In this document: in pieces, positions 24,288-38,430 of the stretch
How positions within the stretch are numbered: position 1 is the stretch's first letter
Layout of the letters: each line of letters opens with the position of its first letter
NCBI GenBank assembly: GCA_002633005.1
Contig: NMRA01000256.1
Location: 1 to 64,000, forward strand
From: Phoronis australis
Taxonomy: Eukaryota; Animalia; Phoronida
DNA: 64,000 nt
Reading direction: 5' to 3'
The notes under the pieces: model-generated
What the model saw: the letters and a program-made list of their open reading frames with translations, nothing else
What the model was told of the DNA's origin: nothing
Database searches by the model: none
Translations under genes and position numbers: made by a program

Positions 24288-26138
24288 ATTGCACTGGACC
24301 ACTTGTCCTATTGGCTATGTGTGATATCGTTAAACTAGGCGTGTTTGTAATAGCGTACCTTTATTTGCCGAGTTTTCGAGCCCGATACATTTGGTTGATC
24401 TCAGATATCGGATCGATATCCACAGGGCACAGAACAAATGATTATTTTGTTATGTTCGATCCTAAGCACAATTTCCTTTGTTACTTCAACCGATGTTCGG
24501 ACAACACTCGAACTGCTAAGGAGAAGCCGCGATGTGTTAACTAACGAAAGCGTAACAAGGTAATACTACCTGATACAGCCTATAGGCATCGGTCAATAAC
24601 AGTTTCTCATTCCATGGGCCAAAAATTCAACTGGGCCAACTCTAATGATATATTGTCTGGTTCTAGTTTCTTACACTACGTAGCTTTGAAATTGGTGTAT
24701 TTAGAAACAGGACAGCTGAATTTTTGTATTGATACGGGAGCCTGGGATACCAGCCTTCCTGACTAACTTTTGATTTAGAGCAATTATCGTTCTTGCTTCC
24801 TCAGATTAAAGATAATTTTCCTGCTAAGAAAGTGGCAATCTTCGTTATCGGTTTGAGGATACCGGGTTCGATATTTTGGCTCAGGTCTCACACCTATTCG
24901 TATTTGCGACGAATGTGTCTCGAGTTGGCAATACATCGCCTATGGTGCCGAAGGATGCCTTACAGGGCAGCGTTGATGGATCAATTAAGTCGAGCGGTTA
25001 CCGAATATTAGTCTAGTTCTTCCCTATCCGGAAATCATTAAGTTCCTCATCTGAATATGGACAGTGGCCTAAAATAAAAAGTTTGCACGCGACCAAAGAT
25101 CGTTCTGAATTCTTACACCTGAACTTGAGATTCCGTCAAAACTGTCACGAGCGGGACATTGTAGGGGAGGTACCGAAATGACTGTCACGTTAGCACTGGA
25201 GCCAGAGGAGAAATGTCGTCTGTATTCGCAGGCGCAGTGTCACTTACAGTACTCGATAGACAGCAATTCCAAAATTCGTATTTTCATTTCATTCCTTACT
25301 AGTACTTAAGGATTTTAAATCGCGTTTTCGGTGTCGACTTTGTGACTTAAGAAACGCAGACTTTTTAAAAAGCGTACTTTTTCATTTATACTTACAGAAC
25401 CTCAATTTCTGGTGGTACACCAATCGGCGGCTGATGTTGAATGACACTGTTTCACTTTTTGCACATAATGAGAATGGTTACTTGTGGTATCTTGCAAGGG
25501 ATGGAACCCAGTTTGTGTTTTAAATGCTGTAACAATCACATATAAAGGCACTATCAACTATACGTTTCAGCATTGTTATAATCAATAGCATTATAAAAGC
25601 ACTGAATAGAAAAGGGCTTCTTCGGCGAAGCCGAAAAAGCTCTTTTCGGAAATGTCTCGTTATAATCTCCTTCATGCCCTTGATATCTATGATTATACTG
25701 AAGATACCACTGTTACCCGATTATCAACTGAGTATGATTCATTTCTACTTCAGGGTTCCCATCGCCTTCGCAATGGGCCGCTCTGAAAATGCGACTGATC
25801 GCGTGTGACCGGATATTAGTAGCTTAGTAGAGGATGTGGAGATGTTTAAAAAGCATATCGTCGAATCACATACGCTCTAAAAGAGTCTATTCACGAATTC
25901 CAAAATGTTCTCCTATCCATCTCGAACCGCTGAGAACTTTCCCATTGTAGGTGGCGAGCGATAAGTCACCAGTCCCACGTGTTCAGTCCCACTGCTCCTA
26001 AAAGCTTCCAACCCACCACATGACATTCTGACTAGTGAACATGAAATTTGAAAATATATTATCATACTCAAATTTAACCGTTTGCATTTTGGGGCAATAG
26101 TATTTGTATTATATTATCTACACTCCTCATGAATATGC

Positions 26139-27708
26139 CAGATGTTCCAAAAAGTGAACCACTGTTTGACCAGTAATTTCTCAGCAATTGGTCAACTGAA
26201 TTCGTTCAAAATTTTTACAATGTATTTTCAAAATGTCACCTACAAGTCTACAAAGTATCCCAGAGAAATATAAAAAATGACTGAAGTATTGTGAAATTCA
26301 AAACAGCAGGGTGAAAAATACATAATTACAATGACTTCCATCGTGTTCATGCTGTTCTGGCATCTGTCAGTCAAAAAAATTGCCTGCCTGGGTCTCAAAT
26401 CTACTGTTTTTTTATTGCCACATCTGTATCCAAATCAGTTCTGTCCAATATACCGGTTAGTAAGGATGCCATTGAGTGAAAGTGATCAATTTACAATTGA
26501 AATCTGTTTCAAGGAGAAAGGGTGGAACGGAAGAAAAGTATCGTAAGTGAGTTTCCAGAAAAAGGGTGGAGTCGTTTGACTGTAAATAGACTTATTGCTA
26601 AAACACGCAACACAGGGTCTGTTGCGCGTAAAAGTGGCAGTGGGAGACCCATGCACGACTACACATGATGCCCGAAAGAAAACGAGGATCGTGTTGAATG
26701 ACTGATTCAATCCCAAGTCTAAAACGCGGGGAATCACAAATCTCTTAAAAAAGTCAGCAAGTCTGTGATAATAATGGAGAAAAAACTTGAGTCAAAACTT
26801 TTCAAAATAATGTGGGTATCACGGAGAGATCAAAATGAGAGAAGGAAAAGAAAAACTTGATGCTGCTACTTGCATGACCGCTATGCTCAGCCACTGATGT
26901 GAAAAGAATAATTTTCACTGATGAGAAAATGTTACGGTAAAATTCGCCATGACGATCGTGTTTATGGGAAACAAAAACGAGAAATTCAGTATTCTCGACT
27001 CTATCATGAGATTTCCAGATTTACAAAAAAAGCAATGTTTCCGCTGAAGTATCTTGGGAAAGCAAAACAAATATTAATTTTATTTACACTGACAGAGTCA
27101 AAGTTAACAATCAATGTTAAATGCAGTTATTGGATGAAAATCTCCAGTGTTACAGGCGACTTTTTCTGGGAAACAATTACGTACTTTGTTTTAACAAGAT
27201 GGGGCTCCTTCACTGACACACGAGCAAGATAACCCAGGTTCTGAAAGAGTCCACAACGAAATTCATCAAAAAGGATGAGTGATCTCCGCTCAGTCCTGAC
27301 TGTAATCCAGTATACTGTGCCATATGGGACTCTCTGAAGGAGAAAATTTACAGGGGGATGAGAGTAAAATTGACTGAGCAGGAGTTAAGACGGGATAATT
27401 ATGTCATGCGAGGAAATCTCGATGAAAGAAATACGGAAAAGCATTTACGGTTGGAAGAAACGGCTCCGTTTTGTTGTGGAGGAAGATGGAGGCCACACTA
27501 AGCATAGCGAGCTTCCCTTTGATATTTTATTTTTGACCTGATGTTTTTAATTTGACAGTACTCGCACAATGGAAATAGATCTCTTTGATATTTTGTACAT
27601 CTGTTGATGAAGTCATTAAGTTCATCTGTAAGAAATTTGAAAAAAATATCAGTTTAACCGTTGCTGAGAAATCACTTGTCAAAAAGTGGCTCATTTTTGG
27701 GACACTTG
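26139..27708 (+). mobile_element. Tc1/mariner DNA transposon, decayed transposase, long imperfect TIRs
   Basis: cagatgttccaaaaagtgaaccactgtttgac..atttctcagcaa matches the reverse complement of the right end; remnants TGSVARKSGSGRP, IIFTDEK, QDGAPS, SPDCNP..IWDSLKEKIY; absent from the paralogous block near 48355-48570. Confidence 0.88.
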
Positions 27709-29688
27709 TTGTAAGAATAATACAGTTACGCAGGTTTGAAATTTTATTTGTGACATATGCAAAAACCAGGTGCACCGAAAATTCAAACTAAAATGTGAGC
27801 ATACAAACAAACTTGCATAGTATAAAAATATTTGCCCAATATAGTTTTCATACAAGACAAAGATGAAGTCAGTAGAACTTGCTAAATGACTTCACAAGAG
27901 TGACACCAATTCTCTCAAAAACCAGTCAAGAACAATTATATTCAAATCTTTCTGTTGCCACAGCAACTGGTAAATTGTAAGTTGGTCAGATATGTTTTAC
28001 ACACATACTGAAAAATTCTTAAGTCAATCACCAAAATATATGTATGTCATGGATTGTTTTGAGAAAAATTGTAAACATCGCATAATAATCACTCTTAAAG
28101 TTATTAAAAATCAACAACAGTTAACCAAATAACTGTGATCACTCACAGATTACCAGATACAAAATAAGCACACAAAATATGGATGGCAATACAAGAAAAT
28201 ATGGATGGCAATACAAGGCACAAATCAGCATCATTATAATTCATCAAAAATGCTCAACACGTTTACCACATCTTGTAATAAAAGCCTATCCAACACACAA
28301 TCATCAACAATGGTGATTGTCTTTTGACAATCAAAGCTACACCGAGCAATGCTTCAGAGGGTCAAAAACAGCCAACTTCAATGTAAAATATAATACATAT
28401 TAGCCCCACTGTGAGTCTGACCACACAAAACAAAAAGTGTCTGTGCCCTATTTCACAACTCAGTTCTTGTGAAGCATTCCAAAACAAGTGACACGTGCCA
28501 CAGTGTGAAATGGGATGCTCCGGGTAAGAATCATATTACCGAACCTGCGCTCACTATAACTTTAATTAAGTATTAAAAAGGCAATCCTATGTACAGCAAA
28601 ATATTTACAAGAAAGCAAAGGCCAAATTAATGATGAAATTGTGCATGTCACACACGATTAAATTCAAAACTTTATGTTTTAAATCTCAAGACAATTAACT
28701 CAAATATGTGGCAAAGTATGGCATTATTACACTTCATACATTCTATTCACACAAACATGTACAAAGATGAGCACATGGATCATACTTAGTCACAACGATT
28801 CCATTTACAGTGTATACCAAAAATGTACTCGCACTTCAGTACTACAGTGCCATAGTTCAAATTCAGTTCTCTCTGCACCTGGGCCTTCTCTATGGTTACG
28901 ACTTGCTTTGACAGTAGGTGCATGAAGTGTGAGCTAGCCATCATGTGCTTTGTTTTAACGAGAATAACAACTCAATTTCGGAGAATGAAAATTTATCACG
29001 CAATTCTACCGGAAACTCAAAAACGGCAAGGAATTATAACACGCCACTTTTCATCCAGAGTCAATAAACAATGTATTTATTTTGGATAAAAGGCATAATT
29101 CTTGTTGTGATCACATCTTTATGAAACCAGAAATCTTCTTAATAAACAGTGCAGTTATTGTCGTTTGAAGTGTGAGTACTTTTTGGGATACCGTATATTT
29201 TTATTACAACAAAACAAAATGAAAACAGCCACTGAAATTCAATGACCTGTCAGATATCCTGCTAAAAGTTATTGTTAATCAAAAATAGTGTGTAACAAAA
29301 AACAGGTCTGAGCTCATTCCATTCTCAGGTAAGAAGAGATACCTGGGGTAGGGTATTTTCCGATAATTTGTCATAATTCAACTCATCAAGTTGGTCTGCA
29401 TAGTTTAAAGCCTAATATGCCAAAAAGCAGTATGACTTACCGCCAATAAAGTATCTTTTGCAAAATACAGGAAGGCGATAATATTGTGCTAAAATATGTA
29501 CTTGGACAAACAGAACATACTTTAGGGCGTAGTTTAGTTAGAAAGGCATGGTAACATTTCTCTTGTAATTAATCTCACTATTGCACTTCCAACACTCCAT
29601 GCACGGTTCAATCTACATGCCTGGTGATGTAGGTCATCGTTATTATGCGTGGTTGTCAGGACCAACATGACCTCTGACCTTAGCAGGA

Positions 29689-32600
29689 TTAAGACTGCGG
29701 GGACATCAGAGAGAAGGACACATATACGGGGTCTCCAACTCTGAGAGATGCAATGTCTGAAATGACGAAGATACAAGAAATTGTTCATTCAAAGACTGGA
29801 TGGAAATCCTTCTTAGTTACTGCTTAAAACACAAAAATAAACCAAAATTGCTCAACCACACAAAGTTGGCTCAAATCTTTGAACATCATGACAAAAATGA
29901 TTGGCCATCCCTTAATAGATCATATGGGATATCAGTAAGTGAAAAGTTCAAAAAACATCAATTTTGAAGGATATGGCGACCAGCTGCCAACACTGCACTT
30001 CTTCATAACATGACATGATATTCCAAGTGCTTTCAAAGGGGAAACCAGTGTCTATCACATCAAAGTAATATTAGACTATTTTTGTTAATCGTATCATTTC
30101 ATGTTGTTTCTAGGGGAGGGAGCCTGCAGAAATTTGAGTAGCCTTATTCAATAAAAAATTCACATGAAATGGTCACATTTTAGGCTTAGACACACCATGC
30201 AAGTTATGCGTGTAGAGTATGGTTTTAACATTAAGAGGGTGGTATTTTTATGAGTTTCACTTGTTCTCGGGTATAAAAGTAACAGCAGGAAATCCTACGT
30301 GCACGGAATACGAAATCAGGTAGAAACAGAATCCTACCTTGACACCCTCACCGAGATTGGGCAACTCCAACGGTTTGTGCATACCAAAATTACCATGCTG
30401 TTGTAGTTAATGCCCCAGACCCCTGGTGTTATTGTTCTCCATCATAAACACACTGCGAGGGGCAATAGTGTTTTTAAATTTTCGTTTTCAAAGCTCTTAA
30501 TTAGGATACATGAATAGTTTGTGAAAACTACACTTGATTAAGTTTTTGCATTTTGAAAATAGGACAAGAAATGTTTCTTTGACAACCTAAAACTTTTGTA
30601 TAATTTTGCAAGTTTATGATAATCATTAATTATACGGGGTGTGCGACATAATTGTTCTAATTACTTAAACCACAAGGTAGCAGCTGGATTTTGAGGTAAG
30701 CCAAGTGTCACTGTTCAAAAACCTTGGCATGTAATGACATGCTATTGTATTTGGCTACTGCCTTATGTATGCAAAAAATTCAGTAACATTAACCTTTGGA
30801 ACAAACAAACTCACTCCCTAGCAAAGGTTAATTGTCTAATAAGTTCTTGGCTTTCAAATATTATCACAAATCATAGTGATAAATTCTGACAATCATTTAC
30901 AAATATAATATATTAAGCACTGCATAAAGACAGCTTTCTGGGCACACACACCCTGTCATACATTTCGTAAACGTTCGTCATAACTACAGAGGCTAGAAAA
31001 ATTACAAGAAAAACTTATTTCGACATACATGTACCTTGCTTGTTAATGGAGGGATCTCTAACATCCATTATGAGTTCTGTCATGCAGCGCACTCTGGTGT
31101 CAGTATATATAGAAGGATGTGTGATGTCTTTATTTCCAGATTCATCATCACATGTCTCACTAGCTGTACTTAACCTGAGAAGTAAAAATGTTCAATAAAA
31201 ACATACTAGAAGTTAACAAAAAACAAGGTTGTGCACAATTAGGAGTCGATGGCACTGGAGGATTACGGGAGTAAGATACCCCACGGAGCTAAATGAGACG
31301 ATTTGTCACAGAAAACAACCTCTTAAAATGCCATCCTAATAGAGCTGGTGACAAAAATCTGTAGCCTCACATGAGATCAGTTTTGTAGATATAACTTGAT
31401 CACGAAAAAGTTGATGAAGCCATTTTATACAATGAAAAATCATGACCCTTTAAAGTGGATTTCTATCTCTGAAGAGCAAAACAGGGACGTAAAATTTTTT
31501 GGGTATCTTGGTAATAACAATAGTATGAATACTAAAAATGTTTAGTCAGAATCAAGAGTGCGTTCCGCAGACGCAACAATTTCGCCAGAAGCAAAGACAA
31601 CACAAACTTTTGCAATTGAAATGCATTCAGTGTTTTCTTGTAAACATTTAGGTTATAATGATTTTCAGCAAAGAGATGTGATGTAATGGGATTTGATTTG
31701 TTGACCAGACTTCTGTTTCAATCAGGAGGGACCTGTTCACCTGAATGTGTTCATCATGGCAGATATAATTTGCTTTTGATTTCTGATGTGAGTCCTAACA
31801 CTGCTGGTATGCTTATAACCGTGGATTTGATTGACATCTGGGTGTTAAATGTGCCGTTCTCTAGAGTCAAAATTAAATTAAATCAGCCACAAGACTCCAG
31901 CCTCACCTGTCATTCTTTTTGCCACTGTTTTGTTGTAGGGCATTTTGAGTGCGCGTGTGGCTTGAGCGACCCCAAGTAGGTCACTGCCCAGTGAATAGGG
32001 TAATTCTCCAATTATTGGTCGAGCCTACTTGCTTGCGTTCTCGGCACCGTGGCGACACGCGAAACTGTAATAGACATGAAATCATTAACACCTTAGGCGA
32101 AATATTGGATTTTAGAACTTCATGAAACACAAAGTCGTCATCAGACAGGTTATAAGATATATTTATTGGAATACACACATTAGGCCATTGGGCCATAGTA
32201 CATGTATAACAAATACAAGAAAGTAGTTGCTGTAAAGTGCTTTACAAACTAGACACTAAATTGTGATGTTTGAGAGCATAGTGGACAAATTTTAGATGTG
32301 AGATATCTCACGAGGAATTCAAATTTAAGGGGGGGGGGGAGATTGACAAAAGTGAACAATTAAGAATTCTACCCAAAGATCAGGGTACCTAAACTACACG
32401 GTTAACGGACTCATAAACACGGTCACGGACGCATGAATACGACTCACGGACCTGCAAACACCGTCCACGGACTCACAAACACGGGAACGGACACACAAAA
32501 CACGATCCCTTCACCCAAATAAACGGGCCACGGACTCACATTCACGAAGAAGCACGGCTAACGGACCGCCAAACACGGTTTACGGACAAACTATAGATGT

Positions 32601-35493
32601 CAGCTTACCCAGGAAGTCGATGAACCCGTGACCCGTAATCCCAAAACCTCATTTTTCCGCCGTAAAAAGGGATTATGTGCATTTAAGCGACAAAAAGTTT
32701 TGCTGACCAACAGGAAATAAGAAAAGTAATAAAAAAATATTGTAGCCAACTAACATTCAATTCATTACATACCTATAACTTATAATTACGGATAATTACG
32801 GGAAACTTGATTCATAAGACTTTTTCAATTTTGTCAGCTTTTAACCCCAACATACAATTACAATTAATAAGTTGTAATGGTGTATTGATTAAACAATTAC
32901 CTAGATTGACAGGAGCAGCTTTTATCAAAATTAACATGCAATTTCTCAATGTTTCAGCTTAAAAAGCAATTTATCCAGATCATAATCACGGTTGCATTAA
33001 GTACCCACAGCGATTTTGTTCGCATAAAAATCACAGTTCATTACTAATTAAGTACTACATAACACGCTTTATCATTTATGGCTGATGGTTTAAATGGGGG
33101 AAAGACGATTATTAAAATAAAACCGGATTGTGTTTGGTGAGACTGCTCGGGTCCAGAGTTATAGGGTGGCATGTACGTCTTAAAATTTACTGCATCACTC
33201 CTCATTCTTGAGTATTTATCCTAAATACAACACATGTGTGAAGCACTTGTCCCGCTTTTTCATAAGTGAATGTACTCTACGTCACTACATCATATCCTAT
33301 GGAATTCAATATTGTAATGCTGCTTTTACAACTGACAGTGCTGACACCAAAAATTTGTAAAAGGTCAAAAACCCTAGCGGAATGTGCATCCAGAATTAAC
33401 CAACTCAGAAGTGCCTGTCATTCTGAAAGATAGGTCAGTCATGCAATTATTATACTACCTCCACGAAAAGGAGAGTTCAATTCAGGATGCCGTAGGTCTC
33501 GACTGCTGCTAAGTGGTCAAGTAGCTTACCAATCTTTCAACAATCAATGCATTCGCCGCATATTTTCATCAGCTGAACAACATATACCCTAGATTATTTC
33601 AGGCTTATTCACTCATATTGCCTCAATGATTTAGAAGATTTGCATGATTATGTGCAACTCGGAGTGAAGACACATGCCTTATCTGGTTGTCGACCATCTA
33701 CAAAGACACCCATCAACGCAGTCAAGGGAGCTAGCATATCAGCACTGAAGGAGAGAAAAATGGCAAATGTTATTGGACTACTTTAGGTTTAACATCAAGT
33801 TAAGCCATATAGAAACACAAGTTTATCCAGGATTTCAAAAGTAGAGCACCCAGAAGGGGTTCTCAATTTCTCAGGGTGTCCATGACTTAAATGATGCATG
33901 ACTATGTTTATTTCATGACCCGAGTAATATTGCTGTTATAATGTGGTATGATGCTGTGTCGATGCAGGCTCTGTAATATTTTTGTATTTGAATCAACGTC
34001 TTTATTCTGGACAGTCCAACGAGCTCCCAGAGATGTCGCTAGCAATGACGAGACACCCATGCTTTCTTAATTAATGACTTCACTTGGGTGACCAAACGCA
34101 AAATGGTCTAGTTAGGGTGTCTCAATTTGAGTCAGTGTGTTGATTTGGATGTCTTGGATCCCCTCTAGATGAAGGTCTACAGACCTCACAGTTGGCCTTA
34201 AGATAATTACCTGACTCTAATGATAAATGAAAAAAATAATTTTTATCAGTAAATTTTTGACATGCCATGGATTCAAACATTGTACATTATAGTTTCACAT
34301 TGTTTCAGGCAGTCAGGAAAATGGACTCACAGAGCATCGCTACCAAGCCTGGTGGAAAAAATTCAAAACCTGCTACACTTCACAAAGAGATGGGTGGAAA
34401 CTGGTCCACATAGGCAAGCTACCCATCTTTAACTATTATAGCTCTATAATTGAGTTTGTGTATTCTGTTGGCTGGCCTGTCATAAACAGTGGCCAAGTAA
34501 ACCAAGGAAGGGCCAGAAACTAATTACCCTGCCCAGCTAAGCTGATCACAGCTTAACATTGGATTATGGCTTTCTGCTGGTGAGCTTGTAATGAACCATA
34601 CATAATGAAGTGTAGATGATAATGGGGTGAACAGTTCTTGCCCTTGGATCTTTCCAGCAGTGAGCATGCAACTTAAAAAACTGAAAATCTAATCAGATAT
34701 GGACACAGAGATGAGCTGTGTCCACCCTGATGGGTCACTTGGTGTAAAGTGTAATGGAAGAAATTCAAGCACCCACTAGTCGGATCCCATGGTTGTCATT
34801 GAATTGGACTTGACTTAGTACTTCCCAGGACGATTCAATCTTTACCAAAAATGATTAACAGGTACTTATCGCACAATCACAAAGTACAGAGTCAAGTAAC
34901 ATTAAACCCAAGATTTTATTTTGATTTAGTCGTTAAGCATAGTCTGCTTTTAAAGAACTAGCAAGTTTTCAAACCAGAGTCATACAATTTCTGGTCACCT
35001 ACATTTCAGTTACTCCTTCCTCAAAAATCATGTCTAAACTGAGTAAGTAAATCAAAAGTTATTATTGACAGAGAGCACATGCTCCTTGTGTTGTGGACAT
35101 ATGCCACATGTCTGACATAATACATTATTTTGGACTGGTATCTGAACCAATCAATTGTACGTAGGTCCAATTTGAAATCACATATCCTTGTCAGCTTGTT
35201 CATAACTAACTAAATACTGTCAAAACTTAATGATAATTAAGTTTGCCTCTGTGGCGAACATTCTACTGAGACCCTCGAGGCGGGCGAGGGAGAGGGGCCA
35301 GCCAAGAGATCTACCACTGATCGCACATTTCACATTAAAAACACGATTTTCAATAGATTCAGACAGGAAAGTTTAACTTAACATACCGCGTGTAATCTGT
35401 AGATGTCCTTGGGACGGTTGCGGGAAGGGAAGGCAAGTACGAGTCCCGTAACGTCATGGTGGAGAACGGTCTCTGTAGGCCTACCTCTGCCAT
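29689..35493 (-). pseudogene. BTBD16: Internally deleted BTBD16-like paralogue
   Basis: Exons 35387-35493 (MAEVGLQRPF...), 31907-32064 (RERKQVGSTNNWR then +1 frameshift LPYSLGSDLLG, like the BTBD16 N-terminal GSTNRWRLP..DLL), 31035-31174 (..ELIMDVRDPSINKQ) and terminal exon 29689-29756 with a 1-nt deletion; the exons seen at 59982-63665 are missing. Confidence 0.75.
32396..32590. repeat. Imperfect about 22-bp minisatellite (aaacacgg..cacggac)
   Basis: acacgg/acggac motif recurs about eight times. Confidence 0.8.
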
Positions 35494-37049
35494 GTCTCAG
35501 TTTCGTATGTAGCCTATTGCTAAGGACGACCGCCGCGAAAACGACAATATTCCCAACAACTTTAGACATGGTTTTATTTTTGGCGAAAAATCGTTTCTTA
35601 GTGAATTGAGTTGCGTAAATGGAGAAGTTGTGGAGAATGAGCTATCACTAAGATAAACTACACGGCGCCTTAGGTGTGGTCCAGTGGCTGTCTGTTGTGT
35701 TTGTCTTTTGTGATCTTTGACAGCCAATAACTGCTGCTATTGTTCAGTGTTGTTGTTGGCCCTACTGAAGAAGTACCAGAGATATTCGGCTATTTTAACG
35801 GGACAACCACATTTGTAACGTGGTGTCTCAAAAAGGACCCATTTGTAGAGAAATTCCACACAAAAGTCACCCTTTCCTGGGATTTTTCACGGTTTCGCCA
35901 AGATGTACTCTTGAAGTCTTGCGGCTAACGTGCCTTACGACAATGATGGAAGTCCCCGTAGACAGGCTGGCAGGTTAATTTCACAAACATAATCTATTCA
36001 TAGGTAATTCATTGACAGAAGAAGTCATGCCATAAACCTCTCTTGAGCGGCATCATTGTCCTGTACCGTGCCCTACACGCACCTCTCAATCTCTATTGAG
36101 TGTAGTCCCCGGACAGTTACAAAGACGGCATTTGAAACTGGGTGTAAAGAAGTTTAATTGTATGACAAAGTAGGCGACTGCGTTCCTCTTGTAACCATTA
36201 ATAGTCTACCAGAATGGGGCTAGTGAATGAAAAAAATAATGATGTCTTGTTCAACTTTTTGGTGCCCGGCCGTTAGCTGAGGTTGTAGCTTCCGTTGCTG
36301 AATGATACCTCAAAACACAGCAAAAATCGACAATGACAACACCTTACACATGTACATTTGTGTTACAGTAAATTTTCAGAGTTTAAAACGTGAAACTTGA
36401 TGGTATACGCAGGCCCGCGCCTATCCGTGCGTCGTGCGTTACGTAGAACTTCACATCCCGCAAGATATCTCATGCATTTCGTGCTACGTGCGAAGCACTT
36501 GATCGTCATTTTTGTTATCAACTGAGGCCTTTGAGGTACGGTTCCGGACAACCAACGAGTTTTTGGCAAAATAAATTAACCAACTCGTCGATTCTGGTCA
36601 TACACACTAACTGTGGCCCCGTCTTGAATAGGAATAGGCTGGCCTCATATCTTTTCAGCTCCAGTGCTATTTTCCAAAATCCACTTTCTTTGGTAGGCCT
36701 AACATAACAATCCCAAAAATGTACTCCATTGTTTCATGTTTACGGCAACAAACACTATATTATCAGGATCACTACTCAATTCTCTTCTACGAAAAAAGTA
36801 CGTGGACCAAGTTGAACTATTATTCAAGACACTACAAATTGATATCTAAGTAACTGATGGTGCTTTACTGTTTATATGTTTTAACTAAATATTAGATCTT
36901 TTACTCTGTCGTACACTATTGTTGAATACAAAGAGAAATAGAAAATTACATTATCGAAAAAATAATTAAGTAAATACTGTCCATCAGTTAATTCAAAATA
37001 CCCAGCCTCTATTTTGTAATAATTGGTTGCAAACTCCTTAGGCTGAAAA

Positions 37050-38430
37050 CGATAACGTTATAAAGAAATACGTACTGTAGACGGTTTAATTTTGAAGTGT
37101 CGCGTCTAGTAGTTAGAAAATGGCAAAAAACAACAAGAGATTTTAGTTATTTGGAAAAAGAATTTTGCAAATAAAAAATTCAGTGTTGATGAACAATCAA
37201 GAAGGAAATCTGGAAAAAAATCTACTCAAGACAAATCTTTATGCCTCAAAAGATGATCAATTATCCCATTGTGACCTTGACGTATTTCTACAAGATTCTA
37301 ATTGACCAAAACGTGTAAGGAACTATTACTTATAATGAAAAAATATTTGTTCTAGAAAAATAAAAAATAGATCTCCAGATTCCGACGGTTTTATTGTCGA
37401 GTTATACAAACTTTTTGGTTAGATTTGGGTGAATAACTAGTTACTGCTATTAATTGTAAGTTTCTACAGAGTTCTGTGCTTTCTGCAGTAAAACAAATTA
37501 TCCCAAAAGACAATAAACCAGGGAAATTTTTTAATAACCTGGGGGTTAATGCCAATGCTAAATATAAATTATAAACTAATGTCGGCATATATTGCTGAAC
37601 GTTTTAATTTTGATTTTCTTGATCCATGAAAACATTCCATTGATCTATGATCTTAATTGTGTTTCTGAGCAACTGAATATTCCAGGGTGGCTAGTCCCCG
37701 TCGATTCTGAGAAGGAGTTCAACTCTGTCTCTCTGGGATTTTCTACAAAAAAAACTTTCTCTTTTAATTTCAGTCCAACCAAACTGAGTTTCCTTGCATA
37801 ATAAAAAGAGAGCTATGGCATTTGTTATTCAATAGGGAATAACTTTTCCAGTTTTGAATTAAGTGGAGGATGTAAACAAGGTTACCCTCAGTCTCCTTAA
37901 CTATTTTTTTCTGTGTACCGAAATCTGTTTAGAAGTAATAAGAATATAAATGGAATCAGGAAGAGGTCTCTTCCAGATGGAATGTAGATTGACTCTTAGG
38001 AATATAAATTAGCTTATGGCACTGCGATTGTCATTGACGGTTCAGAAAGGTCGTTAAAGACGCCCTTGATCTACTTGATCAGTATTCAGGTTTAACTCCG
38101 AATTTAGATAAAAAAAATTCTGGACAGGTTTCATGAAACCGTAGATTATAGTCTACTATGAAACATATTAATTCAAGAATTTGCTCTGAAAAAAAATAAA
38201 ATGGTCTAGATCACAATTTACAATCCATATTCTAAGATCTTTGTCTTTTATAAGGTAGAAATCATTTGAAATTGTTTCCCAGCTGGTTATTTAGTCATTT
38301 ATAAAACGTCTCTGATTCATTTCTTTTTACGTTACTATTACGTTCTAATTAACAAATATATATTTTAAACCTGCCAGGTTCATGGAAAATGATAATTATT
38401 GATGAATCCAATTGCTTATATTTTGCATCT
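37050..38430 (+). mobile_element. Highly decayed L1/Tx1-clade LINE ORF2 relic
   Basis: Broken-frame motifs in the expected order: RSPDSDGF..ELY..FWLDLG, IIPKDNK, MLNINYKLMSAYIAER, GGCKQGYPQSP..FFLCTE, IDGSERSLK, QYSGL.PNLDK. Confidence 0.75.

Noticed and set aside
28892-29089. 65-aa ORF repeated three times (also 49796, 57907)
   Set aside because: Antisense to the presumed BTBD16 3' UTR; recurrence is explained by duplication and no domain is recognisable
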